From assembly GCA_049296775.1 (NCBI GenBank), contig JBAQTB010000003.1:204766-268765 (forward strand): DNA of 64,000 nucleotides, written 5' to 3'. This document shows, piece by piece, positions 49,032-59,443 of this stretch (the first letter of the stretch is position 1; the number at the start of each line of letters is the position of its first letter). This DNA comes from Patescibacteria group bacterium. Lineage in GTDB: Bacteria; Patescibacteriota; Patescibacteriia; UBA9934. A program made the translations under genes and the position numbers. The notes beneath the pieces are model-generated. The model searched no databases. It was given only the letters and a program-made list of their open reading frames with translations, and was not told the DNA's origin.

Positions 49032-50027
49032 TTAGGTCCAGTCCTCAAGCACAGTGCCCTTTGAGTATTCCGTGGCGCGATTTTCGAAGAAGTTGGTGTG
49101 TTCCTTAGCGTTCACCATGATGTCTAGCCATTCGAGCGGATTAGACACGTTGTATTTGGCGTCTAGCCCGATATCGTGCAGCCGGCGATCAGCGATGTAA
49201 CGAATGTACTGTTTAACCTGCTCCGCTTTGAGTCCAGTGACATCCCCCATGGAGAAACAGGAATCAATGAAAGCATCTTCCAGAAGAATCATCTCGTCAC
49301 AACGCGTGTACAACTTGGCTTTGAAATCATCTGTCCACAAATAGCGATTTTCTGAAATGAGATCACGGAACAGATGACAGACACCTTTACTGTGCAAAGA
49401 CTCGTCTCTGATACTCCAGGACACAATCTGACCTATGCCCTTCATCTTGCCCATGCGCGGGAAGTTCATGAGAATGGCAAAGGAAGAAAACAGACTCACG
49501 CCTTCCATAAACGCTCCAAAGATCGCCAAGTTCATGGCCAGCTCTTCCACGTTATGCACGTTAAACTGCTGTAGATATTCGTACTTATCCCGCATGGCTT
49601 GGTACTCCAGAAAAGCGGAATACTCTTTCTCTGGTAGGCCCAAGGAATCGTTCAAGTAAGAATAAGCCCAGACATGCACACCCTCCATAGCCGCAAAGGC
49701 CGACAACATCATCTTGATCTCTGGCTTGGGAAAGGCGGGAATTAAATGCTGGTTGTAATTATTGTTAACCTCTAAATCTCCTTGGGTGAAAAAACGGAGA
49801 ATTTGGATGATGAGATTCTTTTCTGAATCCGTCATGCGGAAACGATAATCTGCGATATCGCTCTCCATGGGCACTTCCGTTGGCAACCAATGAGCCTGGT
49901 TCTGTTTCTGGAAATATTCGTAATAATGTGGGTACTCAAAAGGGCGATACACCTTGCGCGGCGTCAGAATAGCCTGCGTCTTACCCGTAGCTGGAGCGAC
50001 GAACGTTTGGAGGGTCGTTTGATACAT
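49032..50027 (-). CDS. nrdB: Ribonucleoside-diphosphate reductase beta subunit (di-iron/tyrosyl radical)
   Basis: Ferritin-like EXXH motifs, immediately downstream of alpha subunit. Confidence 0.88.
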   Translation of the reverse strand: MYQTTLQTFVAPATGKTQAILTPRKVYRPFEYPHYYEYFQKQNQAHWLPTEVPMESDIADYRFRMTDSEKNLIIQILRFFTQGDLEVNNNYNQHLIPAFPKPEIKMMLSAFAAMEGVHVWAYSYLNDSLGLPEKEYSAFLEYQAMRDKYEYLQQFNVHNVEELAMNLAIFGAFMEGVSLFSSFAILMNFPRMGKMKGIGQIVSWSIRDESLHSKGVCHLFRDLISENRYLWTDDFKAKLYTRCDEMILLEDAFIDSCFSMGDVTGLKAEQVKQYIRYIADRRLHDIGLDAKYNVSNPLEWLDIMVNAKEHTNFFENRATEYSKGTVLEDWT

Positions 50028-50302
50028 AGCGCAGAGAGAAAACTACAGCTTAAAGGGGTATTTTGGCAGAAAAAAATATCCACACAGAAACGTCTTGAGG
50101 ACATCAAAGTGAGGATGGGTGTGGCACCTCCTACACCGACGGATAAACACAACCTATTGTGTTCAACAAAAGTAGTATACCACTACCAGTAGTGTTGAGG
50201 AAACTTATGTGGATAACGATTCGCGCCCCGCGAAGGTCAGCCAAGATGTTAAAGTTCACGTCACGAGAAAGGTCTCAGTTGGGACAGTATACACTCCCCC
50301 AA

Positions 50303-50878
50303 CTAGAACCCCAGGGTGAAATTTACTTTGGCTGTGGGTAGCTTGGCCGTGAAGTCAATTGGTACAGCCTGACGCTCACCGCTCCGGTTATCAAACAGGA
50401 TACAACCGTTCTGCAAACCGTACTCATAAACCTCTTTAGTCACTTTAACGTCCTGCAAACAATACTCCCGAATAGCTTCAATATTCCCCTCTTTCCACCA
50501 GGCCACCGCCTGCAAACCGTGCGCCGTTTTCTTAGCGCCTACTGTACTCTGAGCCACGGCATCAAGCTTGATTCTATAACCGAGCGACTTCTGAATTTCA
50601 GCTAAAATATCGAGTTGCGGCAAATTCAATAAATCGCCAGCGTAATAGTTATTCAGCACTGGCATGTCAAAGCCGATGGAGTTGTAACCGATGATCCTAC
50701 CAGAACGTTCGAGCCGAGAAAACAACTGCGGTAGCTCAGCTTCTAAATAAGATTCGTAAGTGTCAGTCTCATAGTAATAAACCCCGACCAGCGAGACTTT
50801 TAACTTGTCTGTGAAATAGCCACCCACTTCATCAAAGGTATTTTGCGTTTCAATGTCCAGGACAACTTCATTGGTCAT
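50303..50878 (-). CDS. DEDD-family 3-prime-5-prime exonuclease
   Basis: N-terminal VVLDIETQNT (DxE) exo I motif, 191 aa. Confidence 0.7.
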   Translation of the reverse strand: MTNEVVLDIETQNTFDEVGGYFTDKLKVSLVGVYYYETDTYESYLEAELPQLFSRLERSGRIIGYNSIGFDMPVLNNYYAGDLLNLPQLDILAEIQKSLGYRIKLDAVAQSTVGAKKTAHGLQAVAWWKEGNIEAIREYCLQDVKVTKEVYEYGLQNGCILFDNRSGERQAVPIDFTAKLPTAKVNFTLGF

Positions 50879-50956
50879 ATTGCGCGAAAGTGTAAGGGAT
50901 TAACCAGCTAAAGTCTAGGCATTTTCTGCGTAACTCTGGACAAGTCCAAGGGCCGG

Positions 50957-50985
50957 TTGACAAATGACGATAATTGGGCTAATCT
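50957..50985 (+). promoter_or_regulatory. Sigma70-type promoter TTGACA-17-TAATCT
   Basis: TTGACAaatgacgataattgggcTAATCT; the TTG of the -35 box is the ORF-track start of the 166-aa ORF. Confidence 0.45.
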
Positions 50986-51067
50986 GAGACGTTGCTTTTT
51001 GCTGTGCAGCATCATGCTGCTCACGGGCAACACTCCACGTGATGAGAACGAGATGCGAGGCTACGTC

Positions 51068-51457
51068 ATGAAACATTTGTTTGGAGAAGGAAACGATTGC
51101 TCGGAAGAGGATCAGCACGAAACCGACGAAGGGTTCGTCGCGAGGCCCCACCACAGCGTCTGCTCGCCCCGGGCGGACGTGAACGAGATCGCTGACGATG
51201 AGTGCGTCCCACTCGACGAAATCGATGACGAACAAACCGTTCCACCAGACTGCGACGACGCGGACGATCTTCCACGTCAACGGCCCGACCGCTTCGCGCT
51301 CAGTCAGGAAGGGGAAGAAGTCGATGACTACGAGTACGACGACGACACCACTGACGCCGAAGACGACGTCATGATGTCGGACGTGGCACGACACGACCGC
51401 GCACCGATGCGCAGTCGACGCCCCCTGCCCGCAAGACGCGTGGCTATCAGTCGCTGA
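51068..51457 (+). CDS. Highly acidic hypothetical protein (cassette gene); start uncertain
   Basis: ATG at 51068 with GAGG 7 nt upstream lies downstream of promoter; D/E-rich product; plus strand preferred over overlapping 182-aa minus ORF because promoter and terminator flank it. Confidence 0.35.
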   Translation: MKHLFGEGNDCSEEDQHETDEGFVARPHHSVCSPRADVNEIADDECVPLDEIDDEQTVPPDCDDADDLPRQRPDRFALSQEGEEVDDYEYDDDTTDAEDDVMMSDVARHDRAPMRSRRPLPARRVAISR

Positions 51458-51484
51458 GACCATCGCCTAGATCGATTGTCTTCT

Positions 51485-51518
51485 AGTCCTACCCCTTAAA
51501 GGTAGGACTTTTCTTTTG
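51485..51518 (+). terminator. Intrinsic terminator (AGUCCUACC...GGUAGGACU + U-rich), convergent with next gene
   Basis: agtcctaccccttaaaggtaggacttttctttt. Confidence 0.65.
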
Positions 51519-51525
51519 GTAAATT

Positions 51526-52941
51526 TTACTGTGCGGCTGGGATGACCTCACTCCAGCTAGGATACGCGTGTAACATGGCTTGAATGGTAGAAAATGGGAG
51601 GCCGGCATGCATCGCCAGAGCTAGTTCATGCATAATCTCCCCCGCCCGTTCGCCGGTCACGTGAGCGCCAAGAATCAAACCACTCTTAGGGTCGAGAATA
51701 ATCTTAAGCAAGCCATCACGATTACCGTCAATGGCAGCTCTGCCGAGTGCAGAAAATGGCAGACGGACAATTTTAATCTTCTTCTTAGCCTTGGCAGCCT
51801 CAGCTACGGTCAGACCGACTGACGCCACTTCTGGATCGGTAAAAGTAATCCGCGGCACAACTTTATCTTCCGCAATGAGCTGCTTGCCTTTCGATTTCAC
51901 CTGCGCGGCATTCCAACCGGCAATATAACCTTCATACGCAGCCATGTGAGTAAACTGAAAACGCGAACCAACATCGCCGGCTGCAAAAATATGTGGCTTA
52001 TCTGTCTGCAAACTCTTAGTCAGGTCTAAACGACCAAATTCATTCACTGCAAGATGCGCTTTCTCCAAAGTTAATCCAGCTAGGTTAGGTGCGCGTCCTA
52101 CAGCTACAATCACTTTAGCAACTTTCAGCGTGCGTCTCGGCTTGCGACCTTCTTGAAAAGTCACCACGGTCAATGCGCCGTCACGCTTCAAACCTAAAAC
52201 CTTAGTTTTGGTAATAACTTTCACTCCCAAATGATGCAAACTCGCCTCGGCGAGAGTCGCAATTTCAACATCTTCCCGCGGCATAATGTGTTCACCGTAC
52301 TCAAGTACGGTCGTCTTAATCCCCAATAACCCAAACAACGTCGCAAACTCACTCCCAATCGGGCCAGCGCCAATGATTGCAACTGAGACAGGTAAGCGCT
52401 TCATAAGGACCACGTCACGCGAGTACCACGCGTCTACTGTATCCAGACCATCAACAACTGGCTGTTTTTCCTTGCTCCCCGTGGCAATCACAAACGCTTT
52501 GGCCCGGAGGCGTTCGCCCTTCACGTCAATCATGTTGTCACTAATGAAATGAGCTGACCCGTGCTTAACGGTAATTTTGAGACTTTTAGCGTAAGCGAGT
52601 AAGCGTTTACCATCACCTGTCAGCGCCCCCACCACTGCCTGGCGGCGCTTCAAGATTGCAGCAAAATCATACTTCACCTGACCCACGTGAATGCCATACT
52701 TACCTAAGCCATACTTAGCCAGGTGATACAGTTTAGCGGCTTTCAACATCGCTTTAGTCGGCACACACGCCCAGTAAGCACACTCTCCCCCCAACCTAGC
52801 CTCTGACTCCACCAAACACACCGATTTTGCACCGGCGGCCTTAGCGCCTTCCATAGCCGCCACACCCGCAGAGCCACCACCAATGATAATGACATCAAAA
52901 TTGGGAATAGCTTTGGAAGTTGGTCGTTTATTTACCGGCAT
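51526..52941 (-). CDS. FAD-dependent pyridine nucleotide-disulfide oxidoreductase (dihydrolipoyl dehydrogenase-like)
   Basis: DVIIIGGGSAGV FAD motif, redox-active GGECAYWACVPTK (CxxxxC), NAD-binding GxGxxG, C-terminal dimerisation domain. Confidence 0.8.
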   Translation of the reverse strand: MPVNKRPTSKAIPNFDVIIIGGGSAGVAAMEGAKAAGAKSVCLVESEARLGGECAYWACVPTKAMLKAAKLYHLAKYGLGKYGIHVGQVKYDFAAILKRRQAVVGALTGDGKRLLAYAKSLKITVKHGSAHFISDNMIDVKGERLRAKAFVIATGSKEKQPVVDGLDTVDAWYSRDVVLMKRLPVSVAIIGAGPIGSEFATLFGLLGIKTTVLEYGEHIMPREDVEIATLAEASLHHLGVKVITKTKVLGLKRDGALTVVTFQEGRKPRRTLKVAKVIVAVGRAPNLAGLTLEKAHLAVNEFGRLDLTKSLQTDKPHIFAAGDVGSRFQFTHMAAYEGYIAGWNAAQVKSKGKQLIAEDKVVPRITFTDPEVASVGLTVAEAAKAKKKIKIVRLPFSALGRAAIDGNRDGLLKIILDPKSGLILGAHVTGERAGEIMHELALAMHAGLPFSTIQAMLHAYPSWSEVIPAAQ

Positions 52942-52967
52942 ACAACGTGTTGAAGGGTGGTTGAAAA

Positions 52968-53969
52968 CTAACGTGAGCGTGACTCAGCCGTTAACAGCTC
53001 CTGTCCGGCCTGCCACAGTTCTGGATAACCATTTTGCTTCAGATAATACCACCATTCAATCCCCCAAAGTGAGACTTCATTCAATCCCGTACTCCCAGCA
53101 TAACCTAAATAAGCGTTCAGATGTTGGGGCGTAAATAAGTTCGCTGCCTCTGCCGGAGTATATTCGCGATAATCTTTGGTCAACCACGGTTCAGCCTGTA
53201 ATTCTGAAATCACCACCTTGTCTACGAATGGCAAAATACTAATCGCCTGTAAGCTGTACCAACGTGGCGGAATTGGGAAAGTAACTTGCCAGCCGTTCGG
53301 TAAAGCGACTTTACGATACATGCTAGTCCCAATGACGTCTGCCTCCAAAGCTTCAGACGCCCACAACTGTTGCTCGCCACTGACGGTGAGCTGAACGAGG
53401 TGCTGGCTATCTAAAGCTTTAACATGAGCGATTTCACGCTTCACCAAAGCGTAATCACGTGCCGGACATTCACCAAACACAAACAGGGCTTCATTCTCAA
53501 CCTGCCAGCGCTCTAAAGCTGAATGAGTTCTATAGCGCAAAACCACGGTATCGATATATGCCAACAATGCCTGCTCATAAGCTGTTTGGTCCAAATCAAA
53601 TGCCCAGTCAGGCGTATGACACTCCGGCCAACGTGGCACTTTGTTCCCAACCGCTAACACAACCTTGACGTTGTGCTGGGCAGCTTCGGTCATGATCCAA
53701 TCCAGTTCAGTAAAATTATACGCATCTTCCTCAGGCTGAATATCACTCCAATGAATAGGGATACGCACATGACGCAGTGGCAGCTCCTCCAGCATAATCG
53801 GGAAGACCTGGCGTGGGTCTAGGCCCAGGAACCTGGCGTAATCCGGGGAAAAAGTCGCGCCGTAACTAGGCTGACCAACAGTCCGCTTAAATTCCAAAGC
53901 CAGCACCAGGCTCAAACCCGTACACAGCAAGATGGCTAACAAAATTGTCACGCGCAATCCCCCACTCAT
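52968..53969 (-). CDS. Putative GH-A clan (TIM-barrel) glycoside hydrolase with N-terminal membrane anchor
   Basis: Signal-anchor, WQVENEA (NE catalytic acid/base-like) motif; family not resolved. Confidence 0.4.
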   Translation of the reverse strand: MSGGLRVTILLAILLCTGLSLVLALEFKRTVGQPSYGATFSPDYARFLGLDPRQVFPIMLEELPLRHVRIPIHWSDIQPEEDAYNFTELDWIMTEAAQHNVKVVLAVGNKVPRWPECHTPDWAFDLDQTAYEQALLAYIDTVVLRYRTHSALERWQVENEALFVFGECPARDYALVKREIAHVKALDSQHLVQLTVSGEQQLWASEALEADVIGTSMYRKVALPNGWQVTFPIPPRWYSLQAISILPFVDKVVISELQAEPWLTKDYREYTPAEAANLFTPQHLNAYLGYAGSTGLNEVSLWGIEWWYYLKQNGYPELWQAGQELLTAESRSR

Positions 53970-53977
53970 GAGCCAAA

Positions 53978-55558
53978 TTAAATTTCATCTTTCTTGTCTC
54001 TCACAAACGCCAACCAGCTTTCAATGAACTCAATCGCAACTTTCAGTGGGGCCTCGATGATAAAATCGAAGAAGTAAATAAACACGTTGATCTTGGAAAC
54101 TTTGTTGCTGAGCCAAGAACCGGCTCGCACAATTGGCAGGAGCAAAATATCAAAGAACGTCCCAATCAAACCACTTCTCGCATCTGAAGCAATAATCTCC
54201 CGTGTCGATGATCTAATGCGAATACCAAAGAACGTCACCAGTGACAGGAAGAATAAGAACAAAGAGATGGACAACCAATGAAAACTAAAGCTGTGCAAAC
54301 CGATCCCGATCGCTCCGTAAACGGCAATAAAGAGTAAAGCGTAAAAAACGTCATAAATACTCTGCCACGGACCACGAACCTCATGCTTAACCCGCAAATG
54401 CAGGACCGGATGATCGGCTCCCACTGACAAGGCCCTGATGGCTGCAAGGTAATCTTCTCGATTTTGCTTGGTTGGCAAGACTACCGTCAAACCGATCACT
54501 GCCAAGAAAGCGGGGTGGAAAAGAATGTTTACAAATAATGGATAGAGTGGCACCTCATGCTTAGCCAAGAACAGGTCATACGGCAATTCAAGCAGCAAAG
54601 CCAAAAACATTTTCGTGATAAACAGGAAGATCACGGCACGTAACACTGTACGTCGTAACCTAACCTTAAAACTTTGAGTTCTAATCGCTAAAGCCTTAGC
54701 AGCAGCCTCGTCTAAGGCCTCAGGATCATCGAGCATTTTGTTAAGATCAACGTCCTGACCTGGATCTAACAATAAATCACCCAGAACACGGAAGATCCCG
54801 GCCCGTCTAGCGACTAAACGCGACAATCTGTCTGTGAGGCGGTTATGCAATTCCCCTTCCACCGTGTTGACGATCGTCAATAAACTGCCAGCGATTTCTT
54901 GGATCAATTGGTCGCTAGCTGCGCCTACCCAAGCTGGATAGTACAAAGTAAAAACTCTGTACCGCAACATGCCCGGATTAGATTTCAACAACGTCTTGTG
55001 AACGGCAATGTACAAACGCAGATCCCGTTCCTCTGGCGTAGCTGGCAATTTTGGATCCCACTCAATGCGCTTACGCATCTCATCATACATGTAGGCCACC
55101 AGCGCCTCCTCTGACTCCGCTGGAGCTACTAACGTTTCGATCTCGGTAGCTAATACGTCCAATAACCACGGAAACACCGTTTCGCGATCACGCCCTAATT
55201 GATCAGCGACCCTAAACAACGGCTCATACTTTGCAATCACTGGCGACAACTCATTCTGCAAAGCGATCGGAACGGTTTTATTAGGTAAATACTTAGCCCA
55301 AACTAATTCCTTGAGTAAATCACCGGCTAGAGATGATAAAGGAGCATCAGCACCTAGATAGCGTTTTAAAATACGCAAAATGGCATTACGTCTCAACAAA
55401 TGCTCCTCTTGGTAATCCAAAGTGTTACGCACTCTCTCATATAAAAAAGCTGCCGTACTTACCGGAGCACTGACCTCGATCATTTCTTCACCCCCATCTT
55501 GCGCTTCAAGCACTTTAGGCTGCAAACGGAGGGCTAAATTTTTGAGATGTTCAGGCAT
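53978..55558 (-). CDS. Hypothetical protein with C-terminal polytopic membrane region
   Basis: 526 aa, soluble N-terminal half + 4-6 TM helices. Confidence 0.45.
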   Translation of the reverse strand: MPEHLKNLALRLQPKVLEAQDGGEEMIEVSAPVSTAAFLYERVRNTLDYQEEHLLRRNAILRILKRYLGADAPLSSLAGDLLKELVWAKYLPNKTVPIALQNELSPVIAKYEPLFRVADQLGRDRETVFPWLLDVLATEIETLVAPAESEEALVAYMYDEMRKRIEWDPKLPATPEERDLRLYIAVHKTLLKSNPGMLRYRVFTLYYPAWVGAASDQLIQEIAGSLLTIVNTVEGELHNRLTDRLSRLVARRAGIFRVLGDLLLDPGQDVDLNKMLDDPEALDEAAAKALAIRTQSFKVRLRRTVLRAVIFLFITKMFLALLLELPYDLFLAKHEVPLYPLFVNILFHPAFLAVIGLTVVLPTKQNREDYLAAIRALSVGADHPVLHLRVKHEVRGPWQSIYDVFYALLFIAVYGAIGIGLHSFSFHWLSISLFLFFLSLVTFFGIRIRSSTREIIASDARSGLIGTFFDILLLPIVRAGSWLSNKVSKINVFIYFFDFIIEAPLKVAIEFIESWLAFVRDKKDEI

Positions 55559-55564
55559 ACTTAC

Positions 55565-56323
55565 TTAGAATAGTGACCGCTCGTCTGACTTGGCGACAAT
55601 CTCAAAGGCTTCCTTGGCAGTATCAACCACGTGAAAAATCTCTAGGTCTTCACGGTTGATAGTATCAAAATCACCGTACAAACTTTCATCCAGCCATTTC
55701 ACTAAGCCGCCCCAATAATCTTTACCCACCAACACCACCGGTACCGCTTCAGACTTAGCCGTCTGAATCAAGGTCAAAATCTCAAAGAGCTCGTCTAACG
55801 TACCATAGCCACCCGGAAAATACACGTAAGCCTGCGCGCTGGCGGCCAGCATGACTTTACGCGTAAAAAAGTAATGAAAAGCCTGTGATCTGGTCACGTA
55901 AGGGTTGATCCGCTGTTCTTTAGGTAATTGAATGTTTAGACCAATAGACGGCGCACCAACTTCAAAAGCACCTTTATTCGCGGCCTCCATAATGCCCGGC
56001 CCCCCACCTGTCACTACCGTAAAACCGTCCTCTCCAAGTAATCTGCCCAAATCTGTGGCGACCTCATACCAATGTGTGCCCGGCTGCAAACGCGCCGAGC
56101 CAAAGATAGATACCTCGCGTGAAGTGGTAGATAAAAACTGAAAACCTTCCACGAACTCTGACATGATCCGGAAAATTCTCCAGGTCAGATCTGACATGCG
56201 TGGTGGTCGGTGACCAGCTACACACATCTCACGCTCCTCAGCTGTCAGTGGAATTCTAACTCTATCTTCAGTCGCGGGCTGACTCTTTTTACGCGCACCT
56301 GGATTGGCTCTGAAGATGTCCAT
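55565..56323 (-). CDS. LOG-family (TIGR00730) Rossmann-fold nucleotide-binding protein
   Basis: GGGPGIMEAANKGA and PGGYGTLDEL motifs. Confidence 0.8.
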   Translation of the reverse strand: MDIFRANPGARKKSQPATEDRVRIPLTAEEREMCVAGHRPPRMSDLTWRIFRIMSEFVEGFQFLSTTSREVSIFGSARLQPGTHWYEVATDLGRLLGEDGFTVVTGGGPGIMEAANKGAFEVGAPSIGLNIQLPKEQRINPYVTRSQAFHYFFTRKVMLAASAQAYVYFPGGYGTLDELFEILTLIQTAKSEAVPVVLVGKDYWGGLVKWLDESLYGDFDTINREDLEIFHVVDTAKEAFEIVAKSDERSLF

Positions 56324-56381
56324 AGTCAGACTTTACAGCTGCTATTTTATCACACCTGGAGACCGATCTGTGAGATGAAAA

Positions 56382-57671
56382 TTAAGCCAAATACGTAAAC
56401 CCCGCTTGAACAGCCGCAGACTTAGACCAAACATATCTGCCGTCCGCCAAAACATTACCGCGCATGACGTTTTTTAACGCTACTAAATCAAGCTGTTTGA
56501 ACTCCTCCCACTCACACATGCACACTAAAGCATCAACATGCTCGGCAGCGTCCATGGCCGTGTCTGCAAAAATTAAATCCGGAAATTCTCTAACACTTCC
56601 CGATTTTACAACTGGATCATAAACCACCACTTCAGCCCCCGCACTCCGCAACTGACCGATCAGCGTTAAAGCCGGTGCATCACGCGTGTCATCAGTTTTG
56701 GGCTTAAACGCTAAACCTAAAATGGCGATCTTCTTGCCGCTCAAGTCCCCCAGAGCCGCCGATAATTTGCCAAAAAATAACTCCCGTTGTTGATAATTCG
56801 CGGCGTTAGTAGCCGCTAAAACGCTCAATGACACGCCAGCTAGTTCGCCTTCATGGAGTAACGCCTTCACATCCTTAGGAAAACAACCGCCGCCATAACC
56901 GACTCCTGGACGCAAAGCGCCAATTCTAGGATCAAAACCTAAACCAATCGCGACCGCCATCGGGTCAGCGCCAACAACCTGACAATAATTGGCGATTTCG
57001 TTAATAAAACTAATGCGAGTAGCTAAATAACTATTCGCGGCCGTCTTAATCACTTCAGCCGTAGCACAATCACACGTAAAAACTGGCGCGCCATTAGCGA
57101 CGATTGGTGCATAAACTTCAGACACAATCTGCAACGTCTCTGGTTCACTCGCTCCAATCACGATTCTGCTAGGCGTTAGGGTATCGCGGATGGCTGTGCT
57201 CTCAGCCAAAAACTCTGGATTGGAAGCCACGGTAAACGAGCGTTCTGCGATATCGGGCGTCAGCTCTGTAATCAAATTTCTGACTTGTGCCGCTGTACCC
57301 GCTGGTACAGTCGACTTGATCACAAAAACCGCACCCGAAAGATGATAGCGAGCAAAATCTTCGGCCACAGTCATGACCGCCTGTAAATCCGTAGCTCCGT
57401 CTGCACCTGTAGGCGTATTCACGCAACAAAAAACCACTTGTGCCCGCCCCATGGCCTCCGCGTTATCGCCCGTAAATCGTAATCTACCCGAGCTCAACGC
57501 TCGAGTGAGTAATTCCTCCAAACCAGGCTCAACAAACGGCGCCACGCCTGCACTCAATTGAGCGATCCGGTCAGGATTAACGTCAGTGCACACTACGTCA
57601 TGTCCCAAATCTGCCAACACGGTCGCCGTTACCACACCTACCCAACCTGCACCAATAATCGCTAACCGCAT
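56382..57671 (-). CDS. UDP-glucose/GDP-mannose dehydrogenase family (UDP-glucose 6-dehydrogenase-like)
   Basis: N-terminal IIGAGWVG, catalytic GGGCFPKD motif. Confidence 0.85.
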   Translation of the reverse strand: MRLAIIGAGWVGVVTATVLADLGHDVVCTDVNPDRIAQLSAGVAPFVEPGLEELLTRALSSGRLRFTGDNAEAMGRAQVVFCCVNTPTGADGATDLQAVMTVAEDFARYHLSGAVFVIKSTVPAGTAAQVRNLITELTPDIAERSFTVASNPEFLAESTAIRDTLTPSRIVIGASEPETLQIVSEVYAPIVANGAPVFTCDCATAEVIKTAANSYLATRISFINEIANYCQVVGADPMAVAIGLGFDPRIGALRPGVGYGGGCFPKDVKALLHEGELAGVSLSVLAATNAANYQQRELFFGKLSAALGDLSGKKIAILGLAFKPKTDDTRDAPALTLIGQLRSAGAEVVVYDPVVKSGSVREFPDLIFADTAMDAAEHVDALVCMCEWEEFKQLDLVALKNVMRGNVLADGRYVWSKSAAVQAGFTYLA

Positions 57672-57691
57672 ACTCGCAGGACCAACAGTGA

Positions 57692-58285
57692 TTAAAACTT
57701 GGCCTCAGCAATAGTTTGTCCGGAAGGCGCAGGATTGCCATCTTTTGGCTCCTGCATAATCACCACCGTTTCATAAAGTCTTGGGTCCACAATGCCGGTA
57801 CTTGGGCCAGCTGTGAAATTCAGAATCCAACTCCCATCTGCCCTTGGAGCTAATTCACCCATGTCTTTAACATCTGCTAGGCCGTCTTTTAGAAGCCAAA
57901 CTTGATACGAATTCGCGGCCATGTCAAGAGCTGGCAAATAAGCCAAAACCACCATCTCTGCAGAATTTTTCGTTAAAAATCGCTGTATCCTGCCAGTGTT
58001 CTGTCCATCAAAAGCCGAAACTAGCGGCGCGGACTGCTCTTCAGTTTTTAAATTCAGCTGACTCTGGTCGATCTCAGTCGTCGAGATCACGGCGTTCTCT
58101 GCATCTGCCGTAGCCTCAACCACGGTTTGCGCTAACGCCGGCGCCTCATCGGCATCGCCTCTAAACCACTGCATCGCTAGATAAAAACCGCCACTCCCGA
58201 CGAGTACGAGCGCGATGCTCGGGAAAAGCTTGCCCAGACTGCGGGACAAGCGACTACGTCGGGACTTGCGGTAATATCTCGTCAT
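57692..58285 (-). CDS. Hypothetical membrane-anchored protein
   Basis: Basic N-terminus, one TM helix, 197 aa. Confidence 0.4.
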   Translation of the reverse strand: MTRYYRKSRRSRLSRSLGKLFPSIALVLVGSGGFYLAMQWFRGDADEAPALAQTVVEATADAENAVISTTEIDQSQLNLKTEEQSAPLVSAFDGQNTGRIQRFLTKNSAEMVVLAYLPALDMAANSYQVWLLKDGLADVKDMGELAPRADGSWILNFTAGPSTGIVDPRLYETVVIMQEPKDGNPAPSGQTIAEAKF

Positions 58286-59430
58286 AGATTACGAAGGCTT
58301 TGAGCAATGCGATCAGCGGGATTATACTCAATGATCGAAGGTAAAATTTTATCTGCAGTCGGCGTCTCCACCACGCTAGCCAAAGCTTGCGCAGCTGCAA
58401 TTTTCATCTGTGGCGTCAAACGACTCGCACGGGCATCGAGTAAACCGCGGAATAAGCCTGGGTAGACTAAAACGTTGTTAACTTGATTCGGAAAATCTGA
58501 TCTACCCGTAGCAATAACCGCTGCACCCGCCGCTTTAGCCTCATCTGGCATGATCTCTGGAGTAGGATTAGCAAGAGCGAAAATAATCGCTTGCGGCGCC
58601 ATGGCACGTACCATGTCTCCAGTTACCAAACCTGGCTTACTGACTCCAATAAACACATCAACACCACGCAAGGCCTCGGCTAAATTGCCAGTTACGCCTT
58701 CCGGGTTGATTCGACGGGCCAGAGAGTCCTTTTCAGGGTTCATTCCCTCACGACCAACAGCAATGATACCACGAGAATCCAGCATCTTGATTTTTGTCGC
58801 CCCAGCATCTAACAATAATAAGGCAATAGCTATGCCAGCAGCACCGGCGCCGTTAATTGTGATGGCAACTTCTGAGAGCTGTTTACCTACAACTTTAAGA
58901 GCATTCAATAAACCAGCTAATGCGACAATGGCGGTGGCGTGCTGGTCATCATGCATGACCGGAATATCCAGTTCAGCGATCAAACGACGTTCAACTTCAA
59001 AACAGACCGGTGCAGCAATATCCTCTAAATGAATCCCTCCAAAAGTTGGAGCAATCATCTTAACGGCCTGCACAATATCATCAGCATTTTGAGAAGCTAA
59101 GACAATCGGCACAGCGTCGATATCAGCATATTTCTTGTACAGCACCGCTTTGCCCTCCATCACCGGCAAGCCCGCCATAGGGCCAATGTTACCCAAGCCA
59201 AGCACAGATGAACCGTCGCTCACCACGGCCACCGTGTTCCCCTTCATAGTCAACCGATAAGCCTCTTCAGGGTTAGCGGCGATCAACTTACACGGCTCAG
59301 CTACTCCAGGCGTATACGCAATAGATAAATCATCAATGGTTTCCAGTGACATTTTTGAAGCGATCATGAACTTGCCCTTGTGTTTAGCATGAGCCTCAAC
59401 GGATAACGCGGCGTAATCAGGTTTGATCAT
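58282..59430 (-). CDS. NAD(P)-dependent malic enzyme (short form)
   Basis: Malic enzyme NAD-binding and catalytic motifs (GAGAAG, VxDxxG), 382 aa. Confidence 0.85.
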   Translation of the reverse strand: MIKPDYAALSVEAHAKHKGKFMIASKMSLETIDDLSIAYTPGVAEPCKLIAANPEEAYRLTMKGNTVAVVSDGSSVLGLGNIGPMAGLPVMEGKAVLYKKYADIDAVPIVLASQNADDIVQAVKMIAPTFGGIHLEDIAAPVCFEVERRLIAELDIPVMHDDQHATAIVALAGLLNALKVVGKQLSEVAITINGAGAAGIAIALLLLDAGATKIKMLDSRGIIAVGREGMNPEKDSLARRINPEGVTGNLAEALRGVDVFIGVSKPGLVTGDMVRAMAPQAIIFALANPTPEIMPDEAKAAGAAVIATGRSDFPNQVNNVLVYPGLFRGLLDARASRLTPQMKIAAAQALASVVETPTADKILPSIIEYNPADRIAQSLRNL

Positions 59431-59443
59431 AGATATCTGTAGT

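Noticed and set aside
50957-51067. ORF-track start codons at 50957 (TTG), 6927 (TTG), 42674, 62775, 15437 and 17870
   Set aside because: These extended starts fall inside -35/-10 promoter elements or lack an RBS. Downstream ATG/GTG codons with Shine-Dalgarno sequences were preferred: 51068, 6957, 42716, 62826, 15449, 17885.
50915-51463. 182-aa minus-strand ORF overlapping the acidic cassette gene
   Set aside because: It is the antisense frame of a high-GC ORF (Val-rich, typical of spurious antisense frames). The promoter and terminator flank the plus-strand frame instead.
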